Shown here piece by piece: positions 13,291 through 26,810 of a stretch of DNA of 64,000 bases (positions within the stretch are counted from its first letter, which is position 1; every line of letters begins with the position of its first letter). Below the pieces are notes generated by a model. That model searched no databases, was not told the origin of the DNA, and worked only from the letters and a program-made list of their open reading frames with translations. The translations under genes were made by a program, and so were the position numbers. The DNA is from Camelus dromedarius. Its lineage: Eukaryota. The DNA is taken from contig NC_087436.1 in assembly GCF_036321535.1 (NCBI RefSeq), positions 32,862,001 to 32,926,000 on the forward strand, in the 5' to 3' direction.

Positions 13291-14519
13291 TATATGGCTC
13301 CATGATTTTGTTCCTCAGTGGAGAACTGCTAATACTTCCCTTATTCAGAAAAGGTATGATTGAATTTTTTCAGCTTAGCATATTGAGGGAGGGCAACTCC
13401 ACAGGCTATAAAGTAATTAGGCAGAACAGGTTGAGGGCACGCTTTCACAGTATAAACAAATCTGCCTACAGATGTGGTTCTGAAATAATGCATTTAATAA
13501 TAGTACACTGTAATTAATAGGCTGTCCTATGGCCCCTAGGCTCCAAGGAACTGTAATTCAAAGTATGTTTTCTAAAGCAAAGGACAGAAGGGTTTAATAA
13601 AGACCAGAATTGGCCTTGCAAAGCAAGTCAGCTGTGCCATGTTGGGAGGTAGGTCAGGGGAAGCTAGATCAATGGAAAACTAAGCTAGCTATTTATGTTA
13701 GTTCCAGCTTTTAAAACAAAAGGCTCCCAAACTTTCCTAGGACACACTTTTCTAGCTACCCTTTGGCCTGTGTCTGGTACCTGTATCTTTAATGATTGTT
13801 CTTTTTGTTCTATTCTGGATTTTTAAAAAAATAAACAAATATGAAAAGCTAAAAATAAAAATAAATACTAGAGCTGTAGAACAGCTTGATTTTCTACATC
13901 TCCTACCACGTGATTCAGAAATATTGTGTAAAGGGTGTGAACCTAGAATATGTTTGGTATCTAATCAGAATTTCCTGATCATCTTTTGAATATAGGAGCT
14001 TCAGTGTCAGTAGCTGCTAGTTAGTTTCCATTAATCCTTTTTCATCATTCTCCAGTGACAGGTCTTAAAACTAATAGGAATTCTGACTGGTGCCCTGGGT
14101 CTAGAATTTTATGCCTTCTAATCAGACCTTCAGTATCATCTACAGTAATCTTTTTGTACATGTTTTCCTTTAAATACTGTGCTACCCCGAATAACAGTGG
14201 TTTTTCTGGCTTGAGATTCCAGGGTGTTAAATATGGATGTACATCTTACATCAGGATGGACGTCCACTGTCATAAACTAATGAATACCGTGGTACATCTG
14301 CTGATGTTGTTCAGTTTTAGAGAAGGAGACAGCTGTGCTGCACTAGCTCTGTTAGGCTGTAATGCTGTTGGGGCCTATGGCGGTACCAATAGGACATTGT
14401 GTAGGGATGAGAATGGGTGGGGCTCACAATGTCATGGATTCAGAGGTAGTGACAGCATAATTCACAAACTCCAAATAAATGTGTCTAGGAGGAGATTTTT
14501 TTTTCCTGATTAATGTATC

Positions 14520-14885
14520 ATTAACACTTTTTTTTTCACTTTACAACATTATGTGTATAAACATAGCTTAAATAGACATACCATAATATACTAAATAAAT
14601 GCATACCATTTTCCTTTTTAACTTTTTCTAATATTCTGCTCTTTTAAACAATCTGATGAGTGTATTCAAACATATTACTAAATTGCTTATCAAAAGTGTG
14701 TTACAATTTTTAATTTCACTAGCAAACAATATATGAGACTATCAGCTTTAGTATATAACTCATCAGCATCAGGTTTTAACTGAGTATTTTAACTTAATGA
14801 AAATTATTTATTTTATTTTACATTTTTATTACTAGGAATTTGAAGCACATTTATATGTTCTTGTCACTTGTATTTATTTTGTTCA
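14520..14885 (-). mobile_element. Old L1 (L1ME-like) fragment
   Basis: Decayed antisense L1 3' text (AAATTGCTTATCAAAAGTGTGTTACAATTT...CACTAGCA). Confidence 0.55.
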
Positions 14886-15224
14886 GGATATTATGAAAAA
14901 GTACTATTTAATCTGTGCTTATAAGTATGGTTGAGAGTTTACAAGACAAAGAAGGGAAAAAGGATATTCCTGGCAGAGAATTCAGCACTTGGAAAGTCAA
15001 TAGAAATGTAAAACAAGTGTCAGTGAATACAGTATCTTAGATACTGTTCTGGTCTTTGTGTTTTCTTATTGATTTGTAGGAATTCTTTATATGATAAACA
15101 TATTAATCCTTTATACCTTGGCTCCTGCACAATTTTCCCAGTCTATTTTTTCTTCTTTTTATGTTTCTCAAAAGATTTATGTGCAAAACACAAAACTTTG
15201 TGAAGTAGAAGCTATTTTATTTAT

Positions 15225-16170
15225 TCATTTATTTTACAATACTTTTGGTCATGTGCTATTTCTGGACAACATTCTTGTCTGTGAGGATGTAGTCTTACAC
15301 AAAACAAACAACTCTTGACTGTTAGAGTTTACATTTCAGGAGAGAAGGAGAACAGAAACCAAAAGTAAGTGTATAATATGTCCCACATGATGATAGCTGT
15401 TATAAAGGAAAATTAATCAGGTTATTTGGCTGGAATACATTGAGTGAGAGCAGAATAGAAGCTGCTGAGGTCAAAGAGGAGCAGGAGGCCAAACTAAATG
15501 AATTAGAGACCTCCAGACAAGAGTTGCTTATGAACTGAGTGGAAGCCATTGGAGGGTTCTGAGCAGAGGAGTCCTGTGGCCCATCCTGCATGATAAAAGG
15601 ATTCCTCTGGCCACTATATGAAGAAAAGTCTTCAGGGGAGTCAAGGGTAGAAGTAGCTAAATTAATAGGAGTCTGTTTTAAGAGTGTAGGAGAAGAGATT
15701 CTACCTTGGTCTAGGGTAGTAACTGTGGAGATAATAAGAAGTGGTCAAGTTTTGCATATATTTCAAAGGCAGAGCTGAAAGGATTTGTTTGGATGTGGTG
15801 TGTAGGAGAAAGAGGAATGTCAGGAATAATTCCACCATTTGTGGGGAGGTGCTAATTAATTCAGAATTTAGACTTGTCATTTATTGGGATGAGGAAAACA
15901 TCCATACAAGCATATTTGTGGTATTGGGAAGGGAAAGTAAAAGTTTGGTTTTGGGCATGCACATTATATTTTGGATATAAATATCTAAATTTTAGATTAT
16001 TCCTGGATATGTATTGTGTCTTTATCTCTATTTAGATCTAGGAGATACTAAGTAGGAAATGGAATGAGTCTGGAGTTCAGGGAAGTCTGGAAAGGAGATT
16101 GTACACAAATAGACAGCATTTAAAGGCATGGAACTAGATGGGATCACCAAAAGAATCAGAATTCCAAGGA
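15225..16170 (-). mobile_element. LINE-2 fragment
   Basis: Purine-rich antisense L2 text: GGAAGCCATTGGAGGGTTCTGAGCAGAGGAGT, GAGTCTGGAGTTCAGGGAAGTCTGG, GCATTTAAAGGCATGGAACTAGATGGGATCACC. Confidence 0.8.
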
Positions 16171-17744
16171 CTCTGTGTGTGTTTAGCTATATTAACTAAA
16201 CAATTGGACAAAACCATATACTATGTAATGAAATGAAACAGAATGGTCCACATTGGCTCCTTATCAAAAACTGATTAACGTTCCTGCTATTATATGTATT
16301 CAAGGTAAACTAAACACTATCTTGTAAAATTTAGCTATGTGAAATGGTTTTAGAATTACAGAATTTTAGATTGAGAATGACTTTGGAGATATTGCTTTAT
16401 AGTTAAGGAAATTAAAATTCAGGCAGTTCTTTTTTCTCAATTTTACAATGTGGAACACTTTGCACAGTAGTATGATTTCACCTTTATGCTTTTAATCCCT
16501 CTTGGGGATTTTAGCATTTGAGGTTATATGTGATTTGGATGTAACAGAGATAACAATAGTTTGAAAGCAAAATATGATGCTCAAATATTTGCGCTCCATG
16601 TTGCATGGGAGCCAATCTCTAAGAGTTAGTCATCGTGAAATAAGGTCCAGAAGTAATTTCCATTGCCCAGTCCTTCAGCCAGGTTCCTAACCAGTCTTCT
16701 CATTTTGTTGTCCTTTATTACCTCCCACATATGTCGCAACCAAGTTAGTTTTCTATTTTGAAAAATAACTGCCTACTTATGATAGAAAAGTGTGTTTTGT
16801 TCACTGTATTAGAAACTAAGATATATAATGGATATCAGTGTTTAGTTATAGTTCACATTGGGTAAAAGCTGCAGCATTACTTCATAAAAATCTATACACA
16901 GGATAGAATGGATCTTTAGACAACAAAATATGCTGGAGAATACTGTCTGAAATTGATGTTAGTTTCAAACTCTTCAACCAGGTCACTGGAGAAAATTAAA
17001 ATATTTTGTCAGTTTATTCTGCTCTTTTGTACGAGGGAGAAAACATATTTCTCTCCTCATGTTTCCCTATAAGGACTTGCATTCTCTTCCAAGGGAGAGA
17101 GTAGTATTGGTGTAAACCTTGCAGCTTTCAGTCTGTTCATTCATTTGTCTGGAGAGAGCCCAGTGTCCATGGTTCCTCCATTGGCTGTGGTTATGGTATT
17201 TATAAGATGCAGGCATTGTGTGTCTTTCCAGGAGGCAAACAAATGGTTCCAAGCCATGATTTGGAGATCATGATTGGAGAATTAAGCATATTTAGGTGAG
17301 TGATCTTTTATCCTTTTCATACTCCATGTCTGTCTCACAAATTGGGTGGAATCCCTAGGGCAAGAGTTGTGATTAATTATACCCACGAACTTCTAACATC
17401 TCACGTTATTCATTACTGTGCTAAATATTATACTTTTCTTGGAAATTTTTATTAACATGAGATTATTATTTAGTGGCTGGGCCAGAAGACCACCAGGCAT
17501 GTCATCCCTCTTGCGAGTCGTAGAGGCATGGACAAAACAATATGCACCAGCCAGAGTTTGCAGACTCTTAAGGTTGGTTTTTATTTGACAGACATTGAGC
17601 AGAAGAGTATTAGGGTGGATTGCAGAGCAAATCATGGCCAAAAGAAACATCTTAATGAAAGTAGTAGATTTACTGAGTATATTCTTTATACTAATGTTGA
17701 TTTCTTATAACTTCTGATGAAATATCAAAAATCCTAATGTTAGA

Positions 17745-18199
17745 AAGTTAGAAAGAGAAAGAAAAATACCATATGATACCACTTATATGTGGAATCAAAA
17801 AAAAAAAAAAAAGACAAACTTATTTACAAAACAGAAACAGACTCACAGACATAGAAAACAAATGTATGGTTACCAGGGGAGGAATGGAGTGGAAAGGGAT
17901 AAATTGAGAGTTCAAGATTTGCAGATACTAACTAATATATATATATATGCTTATCATATATATATATATATATATATATATGTGTATGTATGTATGTATA
18001 TATGTGTATATATATATGATAAACAAGCTTATACTGTATAGCACAGGGAACTATATTCAATATCTTGTGGTAACTTATGGTGAAAATAATATGAAAATGA
18101 GTATATGTATGTCCCTATATGACTGAAGTATCGTATTGTACACTAGAAATTGACACAACATTGTAAACTGACTATACTTCAATAATAATAAAAAAAAAG
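17745..18199 (+). mobile_element. 5'-truncated, relatively young LINE-1 3'UTR with A-rich tail and internal (TA)n/(TATG)n microsatellite
   Basis: GAAAAATACCATATGATACCACTTATATGTGGAATC...CTGTATAGCACAGGGAACTATATTCAATATCTTG...TTGTAAACTGACTATACTTCAATAATAATAAAAAAAAA, a typical laurasiatherian L1 3' end. Confidence 0.9.
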
Positions 18200-20659
18200 A
18201 ATAAATTTTGGAGAGAAAGTCGTAGGGACAGGAGAGCAGAGAGGACAAAATGTTTAGTAACATTCATGGCTACATCTGCAAGACAATTTAAAATAAATAA
18301 ATTAAAACAAATAAATAGAATAATTTCCTACTATTCTTACATGGATGCATAATTTCAAACCACATCTACTTGAAAAAAACATTACTCAAGTTGGGGTTGA
18401 TAGAGATTGATACTGCCAAGAATATGCTTTATAGCTCTAGTGGTTTTTGAGTTATGAGTACACAAAACAAGGGTTTTAAATGTTTCCTTGAGTTAGAGAA
18501 TAATCTTTACCCTTTTTGCATTCTTATTACTTGAAAATGTCAATTACAGGGCTTAAACTATACTATTTTGTGGTACCATGTGGACATGAGCAGTCTGCAT
18601 AGGAAAGAGTAAGTCGTTATTTTACTTTATGGTTCCCTAACTCACAGTATCAAGGACACTCCTATCTAACATGTATGCTTTGAGTTTGGAAACTTGAAAG
18701 AGGTTTTTGAGTTTATTATCTCCATGTCTTTGATTGTTGAATTCAATGGGCTGTCCCGTGGAGGTGCTGAGTGGGCAGTCCTACTCAAGGGGCAGATTCC
18801 CCTCCATCTGGCAAAGCTCTTAGAATTTAATATATTGTTATGTCTGTAATAGAGCTCTGTTCTCATTTTGTGGGAACAACCACTTTGGAGCTCTTGGTCC
18901 AAAATGGCTACTCTGTAATACTCTGTAATACACGATGATACATTGTGCATGGTGTAGCATAGCAAACGATTATTAAAAGTCTTAGTATGCTGAGAAGAGC
19001 TTAAGCATATGCAGGCAACATTTCGTCTGAAAACACAGAAATCTTTAATTTGTGTGAGCTAGTATTTTTTTTTCCCCTGAAAGAAATCAGTGTGCAGAAA
19101 AGGATTTGCCTTATATGGGGAATCAAAACCATGCAAAACTATCTAAATTTAACATTAAATATTACTATCTTAGAAGAATTTTCTTATGATTGGTGTTATT
19201 GGCTAGTAGATAACATAATGGATAGTTTAAATGACATATTAAGAGGTGTGTGGCGTTCAAAAAGGGGAAAACAAAAAAGATCAGGGTAAAGAAAGCTTAT
19301 GGCCCACAAATGAATAAGAAATGAAAAGCTAAACAGGGTCATTTATGGTTTGGATAATAGTAGGAAAAATGAGACATGAATCCAGATTTTAATAATAATA
19401 TAATAATGATCAGATATGCTTTAAGGGTGGTTTTTATTTCTTTGACATCAATCAGCTATTTCTTTGAGTTTGACAAATGGAAACTGAGTTTTGGGCATTT
19501 ATTTTAAAATAAATATTTGCTTTTGTTATTTTTAAGTTTCATATGAGCTTTGATATGATTTAGTGCAAATAAGTTGTGTGAGCAAATGATGTGAAATCTC
19601 TGCATTCCTTGAAAGAAAACTACATTAAAAAGATAGGGTTATAGAAGCTGTGATTTGAATACTTATTTAGTTATAATTGAAAGATTATTGGACTCCTATT
19701 GATGCATAGTCTTACTTTAGTGCTTTTTTTGGAGGAAAGTTTGAAAAACCAATTTGAGTTATGTGAGTGTGGAAAGATTACACTTTTCTCATTCTTAAAG
19801 CAGTCAAACATATATGTATTTCTTTTTCTCTTTTGTATACCATACCAAAACGAAGAACTCAGTTTTAGGATTTAGAGCTTTCTGGGAGCTTGGCCCTCAT
19901 CAGGGGAGGATTTGAGGGGTAACTTACAAGGGTAGTGATATTATAAGAGAATAAATATTTGTCTCTTTAAAAATAAAACATATAACAATTTCGTATGCCT
20001 AGACTTACATAACTTTTAGCAACTATGTAGTTTCAAAAATACATAGCTTTGATATTTATTTCTGGTTTTGTGCTATATTTTCTCACAGAAGAGGATCATA
20101 CTATATACTCTTTTTGGGGGATTGTTTTTGCCCTCATTTTATTTTTTGTCAAGAAACTATTAACTTTACAAATTAGCTGGAGCAAATGCTATCACTGATC
20201 TGGCAAAGTGACATGTATTATCACTGCAAAGTGATGGAACAATGAAGTTAAGGGTTTTCTTAAGTAGAACACGCTCTGACAAAATCTGTATAACTTAAAC
20301 AATAATTAAAATATAGTTTTCAAACTTAACCTAAAATGTCAGGCATTCTTTGGAACCACCTTTAAAATATACTCACTAGCAGAGTAGATTTTATCATAAT
20401 AATGATTAATTATCACCTCATCAATTAATTATTTAACTTATTTTTGTTCCACAACTACATGCTAAGTATTGACCAACTTAGTAGTGCGTTAGGGGCTAAG
20501 TATATAGTAGTAAACAAAACATTTTCCCTGTCCTCACCAGAGTTAGAAGAGTTTCAGATAAAAACATTCTTTCCATCTTTATTCTCCCAAATTTTCATAT
20601 CTACTGTTCAAAGTTCATTGTGTGACATAGTGGTTTGGATGGCAACAGGGAATAGCTAC

Positions 20660-20775
20660 AAAGAGAAATAATGTTGAAATCAGCAGATCTGGGTTTGAGG
20701 ACTAGCTATATCATTTACTATCTTTCTGATATGAGCAAATTACATAATCTCTCTGAGTTTCCATCTTGTTATCTC
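20660..20775 (+). mobile_element. MIR fragment
   Basis: CAGATCTGGGTTTGAGG...GAGCAAATTACATAATCTCTCTGAGTTTCC. Confidence 0.6.
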
Positions 20776-21854
20776 AGTGCCCAATAGCAGCCCCAGAATT
20801 TATAAATAAGAAGAGACCAGGGATCAAAATTTGTTTGGAAGAAGGAACTGCAGAGCTTATCTTGAGACTGCACTGACAGAGCAAACATACTTGTTTTTAC
20901 TTAGGTTATATGTTTGTTTAGGACAAAGTCTTGGAGATTATGGGAGTGCCTAATCTCCAAAATCAGTTCTAAGCACAGCCACTGTTAGGACCTAGCCTGG
21001 GATGCAGAACTCTGGTTAATTCACAAATAGTGGTGTGTTCAGGATCACATGAGATTTGCATGGGAAAGGGCTTGCATATATGCATTCTGTTATTAATTTT
21101 CTTTGGAAATCATAGTCTAGAAGGGCAACTCAGTTGAGAGCTTGAGGGCAGGTTCTCTTCCTAAACCTAAACACTAATTTTTTTAAGAATTAGATGTGTG
21201 GAACCCAGAGGCTCAGTTTCTTCTCAAATGGGTGGTTGTTCTGTGACTCCCAGAGACAGGCTCTGAGCAGAGCTTTTCTGATTCCTGCTAACTTCTCTTA
21301 GAGGGGGAGAGATTTGTGAGGAATTTCACAAAAGGCAATTCATTAATTAATCAAGTCACTCAGGAAGTCATTTTTACAGATATGCTCTCTCATTTTTTGT
21401 TAAATCCTCATTCTGTATCACTCTACTACGTCTCCTCTGCATCTGTAGGAGAGGTTTAATTAGTCATTACATGGTATAGCAGATTGCGAATGTATAAGCT
21501 ATGACTCAGATGTGCAGAAGTACAGCTATTTTTCTGTAGCTGAGCCCAGAGCACTCGTTATGATGAAGGCAGAAGATGCTTAATCTTGGCCCCTTCCTCT
21601 TAGGTATCATAGAATGTGGAGCAATTTAGAACAAACATCACATGTCAGGTTGGATCACTAAGCTCTTCAAGGGCAGCCTTAGGTCTGTATCTTCAGCACC
21701 TAGGAGATTATCTGATAAAAGGAAGATTTTTCAATAAATGTTTATTAATAACATAGAAGTATTCTTCAAATTTAAGTTTTGAGATAGTCAGTGTGGCACA
21801 CTAATTCACTAGTGGAAGAATTAGCTGGAGACATGGGGCAGGTTCTTTGGCCTG

Positions 21855-22029
21855 AATTTTAAATGTTAGTGTCCCTCAGGACTGGGTTTCTAGGCGCTCT
21901 TCCATTCTCTTTCTAATACTTTTTTTCTAAGTGATCTTTTCCATACTTCTGCTTCCCATTACCTTTCATATGTCACCAATGCCAAAATGAGTGTCTCTAG
22001 GCCAAATCTTCCTTTTGACTTGTAGAATC
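21855..22029 (+). mobile_element. LINE-2, left part (interrupted by the ERV1 provirus)
   Basis: GTGTCCCTCAGGACTGGG...TCTCTAGGCCAAATCTTCCTTTTGACTTGTAGAATC continues co-linearly after 27518 as ATACATTTACTGCCT...ATCTCAAATT...AAAACTGAG. Confidence 0.75.
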
Positions 22030-22363
22030 TAATAAGTTAAATATCAGAAACCTCAGTTAAGTAGATTCAGGAGTCCAGAAGGGGGAGCTCTCATAGCCTG
22101 TGACTTAAGAGGAAACCAATAGGAAGAGGAAATACTCCTTTTCTGACAAAGATTCAGCCAATGAAAAGCCATGAACTCTTTGTTTCCTACAGCCCTCCCA
22201 ACTTTTCCCCCTCTATAAAAGCATTCTCCTCCCCTCGCTGGATGGGAACTTTCACATGGCTTGCCATGGTTGCAGACCCTGAATTGTGCTATACTCTGCT
22301 GCTCCTGAATACATCCATGTTTGCTGGAGAAATACATGGTAGTCTATTTGTTTCAGGCCAACA
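22030..22363 (+). repeat. 5' LTR of the ERV1 provirus
   Basis: Two blocks align to the 3' LTR at 56/65 and 40/47 identity (counted by eye). CCAAT at 22116 and 22158, TATAAAA at 22214-22220, ends ..CCAACA. Confidence 0.9.
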
Positions 22364-22366
22364 TTT

Positions 22367-22384
22367 TGGTGGTGTATTCTGGGA
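22367..22384 (+). promoter_or_regulatory. Degenerate primer-binding site
   Basis: TGGTGGTGTATTCTGGGA lies 3 nt after the LTR; ~12/18 match to the tRNA-Ile-type PBS TGGTGGCCCGTACGGGGA as I recall it, so tRNA identity is uncertain. Confidence 0.55.
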
Positions 22385-22935
22385 CTAGAGAATATGCCCC
22401 AAAGGCTCAGGGTCTGTGAGCATACAGGTGCAGTACCCACAACGGAAGCTATTGCTGCTTACTGCTTTTCTTTCTGATGTTGGAGTTTGAAGGTATGTCT
22501 TTTTCCTGGATCTGAGCTCATGCTCTCTTTGTATTTGAAAATTTCCAGGTTGAACTTGTGATCTATTTTAAGGTTTTGTCTTTCTTGTTAAGGCCTTATT
22601 CTCTATGCAAGTACTTGTTTGGCATTTAGGTCTGATTTTTAATTGGACTGTTTCAACTGAAGCTAATTAAAAATCCCTTTGATCCATTCCTTTGGAAGCG
22701 GGGGCTGCTTCACTCAAACTGCTGGTTTTTCAGCCTTTGGCCTATATCTTTCGAGTAAGCTATTCTCTGGAAACTGGCTGAAAAAGGCTTTGGCCTGACT
22801 TTTCCGGAACTAAGCTATTTCCTTGGAGTTGACTAGTATTTAGACTTGCAAGCTGTTTTAATTGAGTTCTTTGAACTGTAAAGTGTTTAAGCTTTTTGAA
22901 AATTGTCGTTTTACTTGGAGAAAAAACTGTGAGAA

Positions 22936-24800
22936 ATAGAATCTCAGTTATCTAAATATTTTGAGGGCCATCCCTGTAGGGACTCCAGCCAATTTTATGC
23001 TTCAATCCTTTAAACTGCAATCCTTCCTCAAGCACATTTATAACTAACTGACTACTAAGGCCAATGTGGGGAACTTTCAAAATACCCAAAATTAATTTTC
23101 TAAAAATTGAATTGAATCACAATAGCTCATCAGTTTTTGGAACTGAGTGGTATGCCTATTTCAGTTGGTATCTTAAGGCTTCCAAATGTTATCAGAAGCC
23201 TAAAATTACTTTTCAGCAAAATAAGATCTTAAGACTAATGGAGGTAAACACACAAATAAAGATAAAGTTGATCCTGAAGCCTCAAACTTTTTTCTTAGCG
23301 TCTTAGTTTCAGACTCCACCTTTCGCTTCATCCTTCTCCTTTACTTTCTGCCACCTATGCCTCTTACATACAGGCATACCTCAGAGATGTGATAGGTTCA
23401 GTTCCAGACTGCCACAGTAATCAAATATTGCAGTAAAACAAGTCACACAAATTTTTTGGTTTCCCAGTGCATTTAAATGTAATGCTTACACTATACTGTT
23501 GTCTGTTAAATGTACAGTGGCATTATGTAAAAAAACAAAAAATAAAACCCCCCAAAAACCCTTATAACATATCATACATACCTTAATTTAATTATACCTT
23601 ATTGCTAAAAACTGCTAACCATTATCTGAGTCTTAATTGAGTCATAATCTTTACAATAATGATATCAAAGTTCACTGATCACAGACACTATAACAAATAC
23701 AATAATAATGAAAACATTTGAATTATTGTGAGATTTACCAAAACGTGATGCAGAGACATGAAGTGAGCAAATTCTGTTGGAAAAGTGCTGATAGACTTGC
23801 TTGAGGCAGGGTTGCCACAGACCTTCAATTTGTAAAAAACACATTATCTATAAAATGCAATAAAGTGAAGTGCAAAAAAATGAGAGTGTACCTGTACCCT
23901 CAATTCCTCCTTGCTAATCTTCTTGCCTAACTAATGTTTTCTCTGAAACTCTACCCACTCCCTTTTCCTCTGAATTTATCAGAACCTATTCCTTTAAAAT
24001 TAAGCCTTCTGAGATCCAGAGTCTAAATCCTTAATTTCCTTTACTCCCTGGACTAAGGCTGAACTACAAGCCATTGTCAAGTTTTTCCCAAAGTACCTGG
24101 AGATTCTCACAGATTTGTGAAGAATTTAATATAATCATTCAGACTTCTCAGCTTGGTTTCTCTGACTTTTATCAACTGGTTCATATGCTTGTTGGTGAAG
24201 GCCAGGTCCAGCATTGGATGACAACTGGGGAATGGGAAAATCCTGAAAGATCTTTAGAATTACAACCAAGAGAACAGCCTGCTAACTTATTACATGATCA
24301 AGCTTGGGTAGTTGCTAGGTGACTTCATCTAGCAACTCCTAAGGCCTTTCCAAAGTCTGTTGATTGAAACAAAAAATTCTGATTAATCTGTTTATAACTC
24401 TTACAATTGACTTCAGATTATTTTTAAAGAAAATTCTGGTCTTCTTTAATGTGTTGATTTTACCTGGGTAGTTTATAACTCTGGGGTTATTAATGGGCTG
24501 AACTGGGATCTGTCCCTTCTAGAAAGAAGGATTATGATGAAATGGGAAACTGTGCCTAGTCCAGATTTAGTTAATCTTGCAAACCAGCTCTAGATGAGTC
24601 CCCTGGAAGAAAGACTGCCAAAATTCTTAATCTTCAATCCCAGCAAATGAAGACTCCTAGATGAAATAAAAATGTGCCTAGTTTCAGTTATTAGTGAAAA
24701 GAGCCAGAACATTGGAAAAGAGATGTAACATGTTTAAGCTCTTTAGGTGCCTTCAGCCTCCTAACCAGCCTTTCTGATATCCTCTCATTTGTTAATCACA
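22936..24800 (+). pseudogene. gag: ERV gag pseudogene (MA, CA, Zn-knuckle), split by a Tigger insertion
   Basis: WGTFKIPKINFLKIEL...EWYAYFSWYLKASK (MA-like); EEFNIIIQTSQLGFSDFYQLVHMLVGEGQVQHWM (CA-like); degenerate CCHC ..KEPEHWKRD at ~24690-24725. Confidence 0.85.
23371..23894 (-). mobile_element. Tigger1-derived non-autonomous DNA transposon (Tigger1a-like MITE)
   Basis: Termini CAGGCATACCTC... and ...GTGTACCTG, TA duplication at 23369-70 / 23895-96, and both Tigger1 ends joined with the internal transposase deleted. Confidence 0.92.
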
Positions 24801-26810
24801 CAGTTATGAGGAGCTACCGGGGCTATTCCTGATCCTCCCTCTGAATCAGCTTGGAGAAGCATTGCTCCAGATTGGGGATGCCAGTCTTACCTGACACCAG
24901 AGCCACACTCTCTGTGCTCAATCCCACTAGTTATGCAAGTAACCTACCATGTGAATTAAGTGATCTTTTGACATTTCTTATTTGTTCCACCTCTTATGGT
25001 ACTAGCTGATTTTGCAAACTCTGGTCATTTGTGTCTGTTGTATCAGCGGCCACCTTCCTTATGCTAAAAATCTCCAACTGATACCGGCAAAATTCACCGT
25101 ATACCTTACATCATGATTCAAAGAGATACCTCCAAACCACGTCTCAGAATTAATCAATACCCTATAAACACAGAACACCTCCTGACTCCTCATGATGGGC
25201 TACAAGAAGTTCCTGTGGGCAACACTGATTTCTCATGGTTCTTATTTAAAATACGACACTGGCAAGTAATGTACTGGGTATGCTATTACTGTTCCTTTTC
25301 ATCTTTTTGAGGCAGCATCTTTACCTGTGGGTACTTAAGCCCAACAGGCTTGTACTTTAGCCAGTATTTATATGGATAGTAGATATGCTTTTGGAATGGC
25401 TCATGATTTTGTCTTGTTATGGAAGCAAAATGGTTTCCTTTATTTCCAGAAGAAATAAAAATAGAAGTGGAATTATTCGATGCAGTACTTTTAATGGCCT
25501 CATTAGCTACTATAAATGTGATTCTGGAAGCTAAGAGAAATTATCTGGCTGATATTCCGACAAGGAATCCTGCCCTTAGGGACTACCAGCAGCCAAACCT
25601 TTGTCATGGTCCAAAGAGAGATTCTCCAAATTATAAAATAAGAAACTGGCTAGAGGAGCCCAAGAGTTATCCATAGAAATGGGAAGCACAAGATTGGAAA
25701 TTCAACAATTGTTGTTTTGAAAAAAGAGAAAGCTTTGGTTTAGCCCAAATAACCCAGTCCTCCTAGAGAGTCTAAAATTGATACTCCTTATTACTGTATA
25801 TGCATTAAACCATTGATCTACTGACAAAATGACAGCATCTATGAATCAGTAGTGGTAGGGAAACATTAAAAAGGCTGGAAGAAGTGTCAGCTTCACTTGC
25901 CCTTCTTGTCCAAGGTACAACCCAGGGAAGCCTATTCATACTGTTTCTAGATGTTTAAAACTACCTAATAGACCACTGGAGCTCAGGCAAATGGATTTCA
26001 CACAACTTCCTCCATTTAATGAATGCAAATGTTTTAGTCACTGTATGTATATTTTCACGCTGGACTGAAGCCTTCTCTTGCAGACAGGATACTGCCTCTT
26101 CTGTGGCTGAAGTCTTTTTTTGGAAAAGATTATTCCTACCTGGGATAATTTCAGAATTCATACTGGTCAAGAAACCCATTTTACTGGCCAGGTACTTTAA
26201 CAAGTGCATCACATTTGGACAGTTGTACAATGCTTTCAGTGCTCTTACCACCCTCAGTTCTCTGGGTTAGTCTAACACACTAACAGCTTTATTGAGACTC
26301 ATTTGACAAAATTTGCAGAGGCCCTCCAAATACCATGGCCAAAAGCATTGCCATTAGTCCTTCTAAATCTCAGATCCACCCCTTCTGGAGCTTATAAACT
26401 CTTCTCCTTTGAGTTGGTCATAGGACACCTAATGTACTTGGGTCCTGCTCCTTTTAACTGACAACTGATATTAGGAGAAACACTACAATATTGCAAAGGC
26501 CTAATTACTCCTATTAAAAATAACCATGTTTTGGTAGAGCAGTCTTTTCACAGTACAGTCTCTGGGGATGAAGTACTTAAGCTTCCTTGAAACTTGGAGA
26601 TTTTGTACATTGGGAAAGACACCTCTAGAAGAACCCTCTTCAGCATTGCTGGAGAGGCCTCTATCAGGTACTGCTAACAAACTCTTGTGTGGCCAGACCT
26701 TAAGGAATAGACTTTCATATTCCTGTGACACATGTAAAGAAAGCAGTGAACCCTGACTGGACCTGTATTATCATCTGAGGACCTGAAAGGGAGGATTTCC
26801 TGGAGTTGAA
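24800..26810 (+). pseudogene. pol: ERV pro-pol pseudogene lacking the RT core
   Basis: Protease DTRATLSVLNP at 24893; RT N-terminus RINQYPI ~25150-25168 joined directly to the RNase H lead-in; DSRYAFGMAHDF ~25375; integrase CPSC 25898, QMDFTQLPP 25988, WTEAFSCRQ, WRGLYQVLL ~26650. Confidence 0.88.

Noticed and set aside
14055..14513. Longest ORF (152 aa, +)
   Set aside because: GTG start, no recognisable domain, no convincing splice boundaries; compatible with chance or an ancient repeat.
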